Assembly (NCBI GenBank): GCA_964106915.2 | Contig: OZ066917.1 | Strand: one strand, 5' to 3' | Length of the DNA: 64,000 nt | Source: Podarcis gaigeae | Lineage: Eukaryota | Shown: positions 1 through 32,141 of the stretch, one piece after another | Layout of the letters: every line of letters begins with the position of its first letter | Numbering within the stretch: position 1 is the stretch's first letter | Translations under genes and position numbers: made by a program | The notes under the pieces: model-generated | Seen by the model: the letters and a program-made list of their open reading frames with translations, nothing else | Told to the model about the DNA's origin: nothing | The model's database searches: none

Positions 1-246
1 TATAAGGGAGATCTGCTGGTCCCTCTCTGAATGCATTTGCAGCTCTACTTTTCTCCCTTCTGAGCTATCATGTATACTTTATTTCATAAAATTCATATAC
101 CACTTGCACTGTAAAAACAACTTCAAAGCAGCTTACGAAAGATAAAACAGTAAAATAAAGAAAAAATTACAACCCTAATTTAAACAAACAAAAGTTTAAA
201 ATTACCTCATGGAAAGTGGCTCTAGCAGCTATTTCTGAGTACTCAC

Positions 247-18991
<18,745 letters not shown>

Positions 18992-20679
18992 ATCCCCGGC
19001 TGATCCCGCAGGCTCAGCGCCCGTCGTCCCTAGCGCAGCTTCAGCAACAGATGTTTTCCGCTTAGCAGCAGCAGCCCCCCCGGACGACGACTGCATCTAC
19101 AGGCTCGGCTCCTCCGATCGGAAGCGAAAGGAACCAATACAGCCGCCGGCGGCAAATCGGGGGCGGAGCTCCCGAACTCAGTCGCCCGGAGACAGCGTTG
19201 AATAGAAAGGTGAATGGGGAGATGCGCGATTTATCGCCAAAGCAAAAGTCCTGACGTCCACGCCCGCGCGCGTCAGAAGTGATTGCTTCTGATGGCGGGG
19301 GAACAGTACACGCCTTTTCCCTTGCTTCCAAGGCGTTAGGACACAGCCGTGAAGTAAGAGCGAGAGACGGCGATCAGAGATAAAGAAACCTGTGGCACTC
19401 CGGATGTTGCTGGATGATGAGAGTTCGAGTTCACCAAACACCAGGAGGTCCACGGGTTCTTCGCCCCGGACTAGACTAAGATCTGCTTTTGCCACCTGGG
19501 GTTATTCATCCCCCCAGCGCTTTCAGAGTTTAGTAATTATTTGTGATTTACCCAGAAATTATACTACCTTGCTTAAGACTGGACTGATTTTCCTAAAGAG
19601 TATCTGCTCTTTTAATATGGAAATCACATAGAATCATCATAGGAGCCTATGCATGCCGGAACACCTTGCCCTGTTTCCCACAGAACTGGACATGTTAGAA
19701 CCTATGCTTCCAAAAGATAGCCAGCAAGCTTCTGGATCCTTCCCTTCAGGCTAGCTTACTGCAATAAGTAAGTTCATCTAGCTTTTCTTTTTTATTGTTT
19801 CCCAGGCAGATGCCAAGAAACCAGCACAACCTGTTTATGAATACGTGGTTGCACATCACCAACATTGGTCAGTGGAATAGTCCCTCCCAATGCAAAGAGC
19901 AAGGAGGAAGTTTTTAATTTTAATTCAAATTGTGGGAGGGTTAAACTTCCCCTACACCCACCACAGTTCCAATCCTGCTTGGCCTTAATGGTACTTATCA
20001 GCATTTAAAAAACTGAATATGTGCATATTAAATGCAGCAACATTTTTAACGTTTCTATGAATTGGTGTGTAGGAACTTCAGAATTCTTCCTATCAAGAAT
20101 ATTATTGATGACTAGAAATGCACTGATCAGCCAGGAGGCAGATAAGGATTGTTTCCCCGCCTCCCCTCACAAGTAATACTTAACATGCACATGGGGATAA
20201 AGTGGGAGGGATTGCTCTCCCAAAGTTGTAGTGTTTCTGAACATCGTCTGTAATCAAGCTCTGTGGAATATATGTATATGGCACTTGGAAGGTCAGGACT
20301 TCCAATATACAGTATGTCATTTCTACAAGAGAAGGCATTTCCTTGTAACAGTGCAATTGAATACAACCTGTGATGTGATTCACAGAAAGCTGCATGTACT
20401 GTACACAACTTGATTTCTACACATAACTGCACAGAACCAGCAGGTGTATGAACTGACGTCATAGAAAAACACTGTATGTAACATGATAGAAGTATGAATG
20501 TAAATGGGTGACTGACTCCAGATTGTAACTGAAATATTAAGAATAACTGAGTTTCTGTCGGTAATAGAAAAGTAACCAATTGTTCTCTCTCGTCAGTTTT
20601 ACAGGAATAAGACATATCTGCATAGGTCATGAAATAAAAATATCTTGCCAAGTATCAAAAGCAGGTTTTAGCAATAAGC

Positions 20680-20685
20680 TTTATT
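20680..20685 (-). terminator. Candidate RBM11 polyadenylation signal (AATAAA)
   Basis: AATAAA on the minus strand about 1.05 kb after the stop; no transcript evidence. Confidence 0.35.
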
Positions 20686-21733
20686 GTTTACCTTCATCAC
20701 ATTGTGACATCGTATGAAAATTCAAGCCTTTCAACATTTGCATGTGGGAAAGAACTTAACCAATAATGTGTGCCTATATATACTCTGCAATCCAGAATTG
20801 CAAAGCTAGTCCCTTGAATTCACAAACAACTTTGCAAGCAAGGCATATCTTCAGAGAAAATTTACTTCATTCTCATATCTCCTTCAAATAGCAGCCAGTA
20901 ATATTCTTACAGTATTTGTGTCCCTTGTATATATGGATTTGGCATTCTTTTCATAAATATATTTACTCAGAATGAAATCCTTCTGGTTCCAATACAGTTC
21001 TTGGATTTCCAAGTGAGACTGCAATCATATTGCACTTATTTGGGAGTAAATCCCACAGAATTTTGTGGCACTAGATCCTCAAGCTGAATCAAACTGCAGC
21101 CTTAAAGCCAACTCAAACATGCAGAAATAACAAGTGCTATGACCCTTTTGAACCAGTAAGTGAGCAGTTATACATATGTATGTTTCTCCACATTAACAAC
21201 AAACAAACAACTTCCACAAGGAAAGCTAGCATAGTTGAGAGAAGTGCTTAATTTAAGCCTAAACCTAACATGTTAGATTTCCATGTACACAAGTATTTTG
21301 TTTCATTTACATGTTTGAATGCCCCACTCTCCACCATGATGTGGGAAAGCTGAAAAGGGTAACTCTACATGGTATTTATGCATTTCCAGTTGGCTGTACT
21401 CCTGCAGCCATGTAAGGAATCACGAGGACCAAAAACTATATAAACAGTTTTGAATAACTGCAAGCTAAGCTAAAGACAGCCACTCTTTACTGTGGACAAA
21501 GTTACTAGATGAGATTAAAATGCTTTGTATATTCTTTTCTGTGAAGTAGTAAGGTGATTTTTAAAAAATCCAAAAAATGCTATTTCTCCCTTTTAAGCAG
21601 AGTGTAACTTCTATAATACTTTACCTTAAACCATTATAAATAATCTTATATACCACAATAGCCATGTCATATTTCTTAGTAGGGTGCAAATAGGCACTAT
21701 GTAGTCAACCCCATTGTACATATATTTATGTCC

Positions 21734-22021
21734 TTATAGTTTTGTTGACTTTCTTTTTATTTTTTTCCTATCATTTCCCACACTACTATCACTGTCACTG
21801 GTTTCCTGAGACCTTTTCCTTTTAGATGAACCTTCCTTAACCAGATACTGTGTGTGGTTCTTTGGCTCTGGGTACACACATTCAAAAGAGGTTTGTCCTG
21901 GATTCAGATAGGCTGGAACAGGAAAACTTGGAAACGACGGTGGTGATGCCATCTGATAGCAAGGAAATTGCTGTCCCATTGGATTATAAGGGGTATATTG
22001 GTGTGCTAAGAAACACGTCAT
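21734..22021 (-). CDS. RBM11: RBM11 exon 5, terminal (MTCFLAHQY...KRKSTKL*)
   Basis: ttttctag acceptor; basic NLS-like tail; TAA stop. Confidence 0.88.
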   Translation of the reverse strand: MTCFLAHQYTPYNPMGQQFPCYQMASPPSFPSFPVPAYLNPGQTSFECVYPEPKNHTQYLVKEGSSKRKRSQETSDSDSSVGNDRKKIKRKSTKL

Positions 22022-25000
22022 CTAGAAAATAGAAGGTAAATTAATATTTTAAAGTTTGGAAGAGAATTGCTGCATTAGTTCTAGAGAATGAAAGGTACTG
22101 GACATGCTGGACAAGCTTTGATTTACACTAGTCCTTTATCAGGTAGACTGTAAAAATCAAGTAATTCTTACACACACACACACACATGCGTTGGTTATAG
22201 ATATGAAGTTTGGCATGACTGGTCTGCTCCTAAAACCATTTCCAGTTCAAGCATGACACACTAATGTATAAGGTTTTTAAAGGGGGTCTTAACATGAAAT
22301 AGACACAGAAATTATGTGAGGCAGACATGCCAATGTAAGCAATGAAAGAATGCCTCCATCCCATTTATATCATTGATGTTCACAACTATAGGCTGATAGA
22401 TTATTGGAATTTGTCACAGTGCTGTCCTAGCCTAGAATGCTTCATATTGGAAGTGCTGAGGACATAAATGTGTAGGTGGGTGGGGGGGTGTTTTGTTTGT
22501 TTTGAAGAAAGGCAAATTTTGCTGTAGCTCAGCATGACCAGCAAAGTGGTTACAAACTCATTGGCCTGGATCTACCAGACATGGCTAGGCAATACAAAAG
22601 ACAGCCTAGCACAATGAGTTTTGTTGCAGAGTCCAGTCAATTTCTGTTTCCGGAAGGATGTTGGCACAGCTGGCACAGAGGGGCAGATTGCCAGCCATAA
22701 TCTTGGCTTCACTAAGCAGCTGCACAGGTATGGGTGCAGGTTCATAACTAAAGCCATAGCATGGGAAAGGGGGAAAGAGTTTCCACAAGTTGTGTGTTTG
22801 GCAGTCCCCCCTTCCATTACACATCCTATAAAGTGTATCTACACTATCTATTGTTGTGATAGATTTGTGATCATTATTTCAATCTTACCATGTTCTGAAA
22901 GGCAGAATAATCCTGTGGTGGGCTATTATTCACCTGAAAAGGACTTAGAGGTAATGGAGTACCACCATAAGGCTCTAAATTCCTATAAAAAGAGCAAGTA
23001 GGGAGATATGGTGAGTGAATGCTAATAGATTTACTCATTTTTCAATACATACATATATAGGTCTGATTCGGGGCTCTTTACAACACAACCCTTTGCATGT
23101 CCAGCAGGATTTACTCCCAGATAAATTTGTACAGATTTGAAGCCAGCAGAGCAACCCAGCCCTGCCCATCTCTGCCAGTCTCCACTGTCAGGGAGGAGAG
23201 GTCAGCTGAACCTGCCCAAATGACAACTGCTACAATGGGGGCAGGGCCAGCACAGAATTTGCTGGATCCTGTGTGGACCCCACTGCCACAATGGGATATG
23301 GACCTCTTTATTGTGACAGCCTGGGAGCATTCTGTCTTGCCCATACCCTCCCACTCTTTCTTGCCCCTCCCAGCTTAAACTTTGTGGCTGCAGATGCAGC
23401 ACTCACTGTACTGCTCCATCAGGCCCTGTTACTGAGAGCCAGGGGATAGAACTGGAGTCTATGTCAGCTTATAGAACTTCTTATCCCTTCAGATGGGAAT
23501 ATACAAAGGCTGTGATTCTTACATACTTACCTGGGAATAAATCCCATAGTAGAATTTACAAGGAAGTAAACATAGGATAGGACAGACGTTAAGGCTGAAC
23601 ATTATACATAATTTAGGAACTAAGTCAGAATGCAAAAATGATTGGATTATTGCTTTAGGGAGCTAAAATTGATATGGCACTAGAAGGGAGTGGTAAACTG
23701 AACATTTTGGAAGATTAGTCTATACTTTCAGTGCACATATACCACATAATATTGGGTATCAGAACAGAGGTTGTGTCTAAACTAAACTCCATGATATTTT
23801 TATACTGGAAAAAGCCATTACCTGTGTGTTGATGACTGCATATCATGTTCCACATTCTGGTAATGACTGATTAACTCTACACAGTGGGAACTCCCTATGA
23901 ATGGAATAATAATAATTTTGAAAATGATTAAAATTGGTCTAGTCAAGAGTTGATTTCATTTTTTTCTGAATGCCTAACATACTTTACAATATAGAAATGA
24001 AGTCCAATATAGAAACAAAATTCAGCAATCATACTACTATAATTAGTTTATTGTAAACACCTAATAAAATTAAAACCAAGTGCATAACCTATCCAATACC
24101 AAGCTACAATTTCCACCCATCTCCAAAAACCCAAAGTCGAATTTACTTTTATGCAAACTTTTTAAATGGAAAATAATTTCATTTTGGAGCACATTATTCA
24201 GTAGTTAATATGGGAAACGTTATTATCATAGCAAGCCCCAATGGTAATTTCTTTATTGGTCTCCAAGAATCGGGGTAATATTCAGGCTATACTCAAGAGC
24301 AGACCCACTGAATACAGTGGTACCTCAGGTTAAGAACTTAATTCATTCTGGAGGTCTGTTCTTAACCTGAAACTGTTCTTAAACTGAGGTACCACTTTAG
24401 CTAACAGGGCCTCCCGCTGCCGCTGCGTGATTTCTGTTCTCATCATGAAGCAAACTTCTTAACTCAAGGTACTATTTCTAGGTTAGCGGAATCTGTAACC
24501 TGAAGTGTCTGTAACCTGAAGCGTCTGTAACCCGAGGTACCATTGTATACTTAAATGTCTGTTGCTTCCAGTGGTTCTCTGATTATGACTGAGACTGCAA
24601 ACCCAATTCCACTTACTGGGGAATAAGCCCCATTGAATTTGATGGGACTTGCTTTTTAGTCATGGCTAGGACTACAGCTTTAGTTGGATCCCTATGAATA
24701 ATAATAATTAATAATAATTTATTATCTATACCCCGCCCATCCATCTAGGTTTCCCCAGCCACTCTGGGCAGCTCCCAATAGATTAAAAACAGAATAAAAC
24801 ATCAAATATTAAAAACTTCCCTAAACAATTAAAAAAGTGGGTTCTAGACTAGTTTTTTTCTCAAACGGCAGTCTTTAATAGCATATGGCAGACTGCTATT
24901 GAAATGACTGAAAGGTTCAAAAACAGTTAATGATTTATCATGTTGGCCAGATAAGTTCAAAGAACAAATATTGCAAGTTTTCTCAGGCTAAAGCACAAGG

Positions 25001-28000
25001 TCCTTGTGTGAAACCAAGACGTTATATGGATCCTGGCCAAGGTAAGTTTCTGAATAACTGTGATTCATTGATATATTTCAACTTGCAAGTGGTCATGAAG
25101 ACTCACTAGAGATTATCAGTGATAAAAAAAGTATTTGCAGATAACAGGCTGACAACTCTTCAAGGAAAAACTAGATTACTAACTTATAATATCGGTAGCC
25201 ACTACATATTTCAAGTTTTCTATTGAAAAAAAATGGAAAAATTACAGCATAGTTTTGCCAGAAAGATTACAGAACAATGCTGCATCTAACCTGCTACATG
25301 GACATAATAGAGGGAGGGGGGAGTTTTGTACAAAGACATTTTGAAAGTCTGAACTAAAGGAATTTGAAAAAGACCAGCAGTTTCAAGTGAACACATTACA
25401 ATGTTGTACTCTGCTAGGACGGTAACAAAGTACAGACTGTAAAATAATAATATATTTTGTAAGATTTGGCTCTCATTTATTGATTCCCAAAAGAATATAT
25501 CTATTACCTGATCACATTTTTACTGTGATAAACTCAGGAATTTTTTTCTACCTTCTTGCAAAAGTGGGATGTCTTAAAGGGTAAAAATGCAATATACCAA
25601 TTAGTTTGAGAATTTTTATACTCTCAGAATTGTTTTTTTAATGCATTAAATATCCACTAACAATCACTTTTCACGTCAGGATTGTGCATTATATGCCCAG
25701 GTTTTGTAAAAAAAATTGTTGGCAGGTAGCTAAACCTACCAAACCGATATTGCACTTTAATTGGTCTTCCGTATAAACGAATCCCATTCAGCAAAGCTAT
25801 GGCATAAGGCACTGACTCTGTGTGTTTAAAGCAGACAAATCCAAAAGTCTTGGGTTTTCCATCTTTGTCCTTGCATATGGTCACATTGGTTACCGGTCCA
25901 GCCTGCAAGAAACTTAAGCATTACTTTCTCATAAATCCCAGGAAGGAAACAGCTGTTTGTTTGCTGATTCTAAGGCTTGCTGGACCAAAAGTCGAAAAAA
26001 GGTATATAATATTGGGTACCAGCTATTTCAGCATTGCAACAAACACATGCCATTATGATGTAATTTTACTTTAATATACAAAGATTTCCATGACATATTC
26101 AAAGTCTGCATATCTCATATTCATACATTTTATTCTATTTAGCATATCAATCCAATTCACATGGACTGTGGCAACTAGCAAAGCACTTAAGGATTTTTTT
26201 GGGATATATGTAGGCAGTCCAAAATATAATAAATTGTTGTTGTTATTTCTCACCCACCTTTCACCGTAAGGTCTCTGAGCCCTACAGCAATTTTAAAATG
26301 CAATATTAACACTATTGTAAACCTGTTACCAGGGGCGCAGGTGGCACTGTGGTCTAAACCACAGAGCCTAGGGCTTGCCGATCAGAAGGTCAGTGGTTCA
26401 AATCCCCGCCATGGGGTGAGCTCCCATTGCTCAGTCCCTGCTCCTATCAACCTAGCAGTTCGAAAGCACGTCAAAGTGCAAGTAGATAAATAGGCAACAC
26501 TCCGGCGGGAAGGTAAACGGCGTTTCCGTGCGCTGCTCTGATTCACCAGAAGCAGCTTAGTCATGCTGGCCACATGACCCAGAAGCTGTCTGCGGACAAA
26601 CGCCGGCTCCCTTGGCCAGTAAAGCGAGATGAGCGCCACAACCCCAGAGTTGTCCACAAGTGGACTTTTAATGGTCAGGGGTCCCTTTACCCTTAAACCT
26701 GTTACAGTCAAGAGAATAAGGTGGGTCCTCTAGATATAAATCTCAGGTGTGAAATACCAGGGTAAAGAGGTGTGTCTTCAGCATAACTACATAATGAAGG
26801 TGCCTTTCCTTTGGGGGGGGGGGGGTTCCCACAGCATAGGGACTGTCACAGGGAGTGCCCTGTTCAAGGCTGCCATTCCGTGAACTTCTGAGGCTGGTGA
26901 AAATACCAAGAGGGCTCCCTCTGCTGATCTTAATATCCAAGAAGACCTGTAGAGAAAGAAGCAGTCTTTCAAATATTTGGGGATTAAATCATTCAGGGAT
27001 TTAAACACTAATGTGAGCACAATGAACTGGGCCCAGAAATGAACTGGAAACCAGTACATGTGGTTTAGAACAGGAGTTACATGAATTCTACACACCTGGC
27101 TGTTCATTTTGGAGCAGTTGAAATTTGATTGCTGTACATGAGTTATACGGTACAAACAACAAGGAAGTGTAAAACTGTAGAAGGATCTACAGGTAAATAT
27201 AAGAGCTATCCAAGAAGAGATTGAACCAATTGTTGGCTAATAGACTATATGTATCTTGATCTTCTTTTTCTGTGCTAGATTAGCAAGGCAAATAAGATGA
27301 AGAAATTCTGACACTCTTCAAATGAGCAGAAGCTCTTGTCAGGCAGAGATGAGTCTACAGCCCAAAGAGCAGAATGATTAATCAGGCTTTTTGTTTGTGT
27401 GTGTAATCCTGTTCACATTTACTCCTCAGGCTTTATATGAAATCCAGCAGAATGCCCATGTGAGAACAGGTTTCCCACAAGCATCTGGTTGGCCACTGTG
27501 AGAACAGGATGTTTGATTCGATTGGTCATTGGTCTGATACCGCAGACTGTTCTTATGTTCTTACTATAAACAGACAGTGTTCCTTCTTTTAACTGCTGTG
27601 TATACTGGTAAAATGGGGATGCGGGTGGCGCTGTGGGTTAAACCACAGAGCCTAGGACTTGCCGATCAGAAGGTCAGCAGTTTGAATTCCCGCAACAGGG
27701 TGAACACCCGTTGTTTGGTCCCAGCTCCTGCCAACCTAGCAGTTCAAAAGCACCTCAAAGTGCAAGTAGATAAATAGGTACCGCTTCAGCGGGAAGGTAA
27801 ACGGCGTTTCCGTGCACTGCTCTGGTTCACCAGAAGCGGCTTAGTCATGCTGGCCACATGACCCGGAAGCTATATGCCGGCTCCCTTGGCCAATGAAGTG
27901 AGATGAGCGCCGCAACCCCAGAGTCGGTCACGACTGGACCTATACTGGTAAAATATGATTGAGGGAAAGGTATATATTAAAAACCAATAAAAAATGAAAT

Positions 28001-29910
28001 TATATGGATCTTCAGCATCTCTTCATTATAACAGATTCAGGCAGTAATTTGTGAAAACAGAGATTTGCTGAATTAATCAATAAAACCCACTTCTATCTTG
28101 ATGAGGAAACTGAAAGTGGACATGTGATAAGAATGTGACAACTCACAGAAAACAAGCTAGATGTCTTTGTATTTTGCCAATATTCAGTAGTGTCAAATAT
28201 CAGTTGCTGCTCAGCATAATGGCTCTATACATTTTCCAGTGTTTTAAAAGTAAACATCACATCTGACAGAGTCATAACTGAAGCCTTCAGCTTTTCCAAG
28301 GAGAATCAATGTTTGTTTTATCCCACCGCCCCACCCCAGAAAAGACAAGTTTCCCTGAAGCAGCATTTTTCCAGTCTGTGTTCAAGGTTGCCTACTGCAG
28401 ATGATGGAGTTCTTCAAGGAGTAGAAGTAGCAAATGAGGTATTCTGGTGCTTGTTCTTTTTAACATGTAGATCTCCCTGTTCATAAATAAAAATACCTGC
28501 TCAAGCAAGCTACAGGCACAGCTAAATTTTTAAAGCTTTAAAACATCTACCGTAATTTACCATTATTTCTGTTTTCCCAGCTCTAAGATACAAAGAATGT
28601 GTGAATCATATGAATGTAACAAAGTTATCAGAAAGCTATTAGGTGCCAATTTAGTGAAGGTTGGAACAAGAAGAACATTGATTATTTATGCTGTGCTACT
28701 GGAGAAGAAAGCATTTCTGCTTTATAAAATATAAGTATCCATGTAGAAGCAAGAAAACCAAAATGGGAAGGATATGAAGCACACAGAACGAAGGAAAAGT
28801 CTTCCAGCAATATCACTGTAGAAAGAGGCGATAAGTCCAAACAAGATGCTAGCAGTTAGCCTGACGAAGTAACATAAGGAAACCACGAACCTTCCCCCAT
28901 TCATTTTGTGTTTATTGTTAAGGGTGTGGTAAGCTATTATCAGTTGCTTGGCATGCCAAAACACAACAAGAACCATGATTAAATTGTGGTTAAAACTGGA
29001 AAGCAAGGATTGATAGCATGTATGTATGAATTATCTGACACCTGGGAAACAAAGAAAGAGGCCCTTTCCACCTAAGATTGCAACCATTCTCTGGGAAGTT
29101 CCCAACATTTAATATGTTTATCAATCACATTTCCTTCCTTTACTTCCATTCCCATTGCTTTCAGTGGTTGTCTGAGAATTTTTGAGAAGATGGGGAGAAC
29201 ATAGAATAATAGAATCTTGGAAGGGATCCCAAGGGTCATCTAGTCCAACCCCCACAGGGCTTGCAGGCCACAGTGAAATAAATGTAGCATTTCACCTAAT
29301 TTTATGTCTGTGCCTCAAAAAGCGTCACTTTTTAAATTTTTGCCTGGTGTAAAAAGGTGGTTAGCACCACAGTACTAACATGGAGGAAAAGGTGGCAACC
29401 CCTTTGGGTTTTAAGAATATGGTCATAGTTTTCATTTTGTATTGCCTTTATTTTCAATCACCTTGAGAACTGACCAGCCACCCTGAATGTCAAGCTTCCT
29501 GAATATTTACAAGAAAAAAAATCATAAATAAAGCCCTGTTTTAGGCATACCTAGCTTCTGATGACTATTTTATCTTTCCATTTTGTATTGTTTAAGGCAC
29601 CTCTTGGTACATTTCACACATCCTCGATGGAATGGAAAAGGACTGAAGCCTTGCTTCATACTGCGAATTTAAGACTCCTGACAAAAATCTTCCACCTGCT
29701 GCTCCTTTTAAGCATTCCTTCCCTGCTGCCGACGGCTCGCCAGCCCCGCCCACTTCCAGATCGCCCTGCCCACCTGCCAAGGTGGCCCCGCCCCGCCGTC
29801 CCTTGCACCTGCAGGAAAAGCTCGTAGAGAATCTCCTCTTGCACGCGGCTCTCCAAGTTCCCCACAAAAAGCGTCCGGTCCGGCTCGTCTGCCTTCCCTG
29901 GGCTTGTCAT
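21734..29910 (-). CDS. RBM11: RBM11 splicing regulator, 239 aa. Join: 29910-29809, 25902-25740, 23894-23822, 22982-22889, 22021-21734
   Basis: N-terminal RRM (DRTLFVGNL; KTFGFVCFKH; YAIALLNGIRLYGRPI) and basic C-terminus with SDSDSS. The exons total 720 nt in frame. Synteny with LIPI and ABCC13 separates it from the paralog RBM7. Confidence 0.93.
22889..22982 (-). CDS. RBM11: RBM11 exon 4 (NLEPYGG...QDYSAFQNM)
   Basis: 94 nt, phase 2 to 0, gtaaga donor. Confidence 0.85.
23822..23894 (-). CDS. RBM11: RBM11 exon 3 (GSSHCVELISHYQNVEHDMQSSTH)
   Basis: 73 nt, phase 1 to 2, canonical splice sites. Confidence 0.85.
24315..24545. mobile_element. Tc1/mariner (Tigger-like) MITE
   Basis: TIRs CAGTGGTACCTC / GAGGTACCATTG; TA TSD. 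Confidence 0.9.
24698..24826 (-). mobile_element. L2 3' tail fragment
   Basis: Matches the 3' UTR and tail of the other L2 copies. Confidence 0.75.
25740..25902 (-). CDS. RBM11: RBM11 exon 2 (AGPVTNV...VQYRF)
   Basis: RNP1 motif; 163 nt. Confidence 0.95.
26332..26693 (+). mobile_element. Sauria SINE, full length
   Basis: tRNA-like head, cacgtcaaagtgcaagtagataaatagg core, ccctttacc tail; 12-bp TSD taaacctgttac (26318-26329 and 26694-26705). Confidence 0.92.
27615..27940 (+). mobile_element. Sauria SINE lacking its 3' tail
   Basis: Collinear with the 26332 copy; 14-bp TSD tatactggtaaaat. Confidence 0.92.
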
Positions 29911-30330
29911 GACAGCGGCCAGCAGCCCAGCTGTGCGCGAGAGACGCAGGGAAGAGCCGGTCAAAGCGGCAGCTCCATCTGCACGCTGGAATAGCAGATA
30001 GAAAGTGGGTGGGGCAGGTGGGGGAGAAGGGGCGGGGCTGCAGCGGACCCGAAGCTAAGCGAGAGAGGCCGTAAAGCAGCGGACGCGCGCGACAGGCAAA
30101 AGAGGGGGGCCGAGGGTGAGCGCGCTTTACGGCACACCGAACCCTTGTTAAACAGACGGGGGTGAAGGAGCCGCCACCCTCCCTGCCGGGTATCCGAGCA
30201 ACTGACTGACGGGGCTGTGGAGAGGGGCGGGGTTTCCCCAGCTGCAAGGAGACCGCCCCTCCCTCTCCGCCGTCGGAATTGGCAAAGTCACCCCTGCGCT
30301 CTTTGCCTCCTGCGGCGATTGCGTGGTCCA
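29730..30330. promoter_or_regulatory. CpG island / promoter of RBM11, head-to-head with LIPI
   Basis: CpG-rich; GC boxes ggggcgggg near 30030 and 30225. Confidence 0.85.
29809..29910 (-). CDS. RBM11: RBM11 exon 1 (MTSPGKADEPDRTLFVGNL...ELFLQ)
   Basis: RNP2 motif; CAG|GTGCAA donor. Confidence 0.93.
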
Positions 30331-30564
30331 GAGGAGTGCAATGACACACAGACACACATACACACACACAGTGTGATTCACAGCACCTTTCCTTGGTATT
30401 TCTGTAAGAAAAGCGTGTCTTATGTGCATTAACGTTGTGGCACTACAAACTGGCACTACACAACTCGAATTAATCCCGAGGGTTCTTTTTAACTCGGTGC
30501 TTTTATTTTATTTTTGCAAACACATTCTCTCAACTTTTTACGGTTTTGTTTCGGCGCCCCGAGG

Positions 30565-30672
30565 TGCCCCTCCCTCCGACGTTGTGAACTGCAACTCCCA
30601 TCCTCCTTGACTATTGGCCATGCTCGCTCGGAATGATGGGAGTTGTAGTCCAAAACATCTGGAGGGCGTCAT
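30565..30672. mobile_element. Short palindromic lizard MITE (other copies near 2490-2600, 36543-36655, 45545-45690, 51560-51640)
   Basis: ccctcc...actgcaactccca...tgggagttgtagt...ggaggg inverted structure. Confidence 0.7.
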
Positions 30673-31329
30673 AGTACTGCCCAGGATGCTCCCTCGTCAC
30701 CATGCTTGGTTTCTCTAAACGCCTCGCTCTTCTTTTCCCCGCCCTCCTAACTCGTCACCTATCTGCAGTCTAATTTCTCTTACCCTTCCTTATGGGGAAA
30801 AGATCCCGAGAAAGTGAGGGAGGCTGCTGAACAAGCCTGCTCCTCTTACAGCTGGGCTGTCCCTCCCACCAGCTGTCCTGCGGTCACAATCCTTATGATC
30901 CGCTATACGCTATTACTTGGTGTATAATGTGTTGGTACGTGCGTTTAATGTTCATTATTTTTTTCTGGGCATGCAACTATTATTAAACATATTTCAGTAA
31001 TAGAGACACGGGTGGTGGGTTTGAAAGAATTGTAGGCTTCCTAAACTTTGTCTGCCATCCTGTGGCATAACTTGATATTGCACTAGGATCGCCGTAAGGT
31101 GGAGTTCTAAGATTAATTGAGTACAGTATCAGCAAAGCTGTTTTTAGCTGCGTGTAAATAATTTAAGATAAAATATATTCGCATTTAAATCAGTTTAGCA
31201 CAAATTGCTTTTAGAAAATCAACTGATTTTTTCAGAAGAAATAAAACGCATTGTCACAATGACTTTCAGCTAAAAATGACCTCCTTGCCATCTTTTTAAT
31301 TTTGATCTTTATAAAGTTCTAGATGACCC

Positions 31330-31575
31330 CCCCAACCATCCCAGGAACTGCAGTTTGTTAAGGGTTCTGAAAGCTATTAGGAGACCACTATTCCCCCCAC
31401 AGAGCTACAATTCTCATAGTGCTTTAACAATCCCAGAGAACTGTAGGAATTGTAGCTGGGGGGGGGGGTCCCTCCTAACAACTCTCAACATCCTTAACAA
31501 ACTATAGTTCCCAGGGATCTTTAGGGGAAGCCATGGCTGTTTAAAGTGGCATGATGATGCTTTCAGTGTATGGCA
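31330..31575. mobile_element. Internally palindromic MITE family (other copies near 35690-35875 and 49680-49980)
   Basis: Shared text (caactctca...ccttaacaa-acta-agttccca; aagccatg-ctgtttaaagtgg) in three places. Confidence 0.65.
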
Positions 31576-31767
31576 CAGCGAGGACTTGGTCACAAATTTG
31601 GCAAATTTAGGCTGTGCAAACTGATTTGAACCTCTTGGACAGGAAACCTGCATCCTCAAAAGACTGGACTTCTTCCAGTGAGGAAGATGGTGGGAAAATG
31701 TACTGGAAAGCATGGGAGAACTGTTGCTTAACACAGACCACCGAGACCACATAACACCCGAGCACTA

Positions 31768-32141
31768 TTCAAAGTGTTGGTGCTGACCTTAAAAGCCCTA
31801 AACAGCCTCGGTCCAGTATACCTGAAGGAGTATCTCCATCCCCATCATTCTACCTGGACACTGAGGTTCAGCGCCGAGGGCCTTCTGGCGGTTCCCTCAC
31901 TGCGAAGTTGCGTTGAAGGGAACCAGGCAGAGGGCCTTCTCGGTAGTGGCGCCCGCCCTGTGGAACGCCCTCCCACCAGATGTCAAAGAGAAAAATAACT
32001 ACCAGACTTTTAGAAGACATCTGAAGGCAGCCCTGCTTAGGGAAGCTTTTAATGTTTGATGCATTACGGTATTTTAATATTTTGTTGAAAGCTGCCCAGA
32101 GTGGCTGGGGAAGCCCAGCCAGATGGGCAGGGTATAAATAA

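Noticed and set aside
20127-20651. 174-aa ORF between RBM11 and ABCC13
   Set aside because: Non-ATG start, no recognisable domain, AT-rich composition; probably chance.
29708-30456. Long ORFs (219 aa, 102 aa) over the RBM11 promoter
   Set aside because: Expected from stop-codon depletion in a CpG island; only 29809-29910 is supported as coding.
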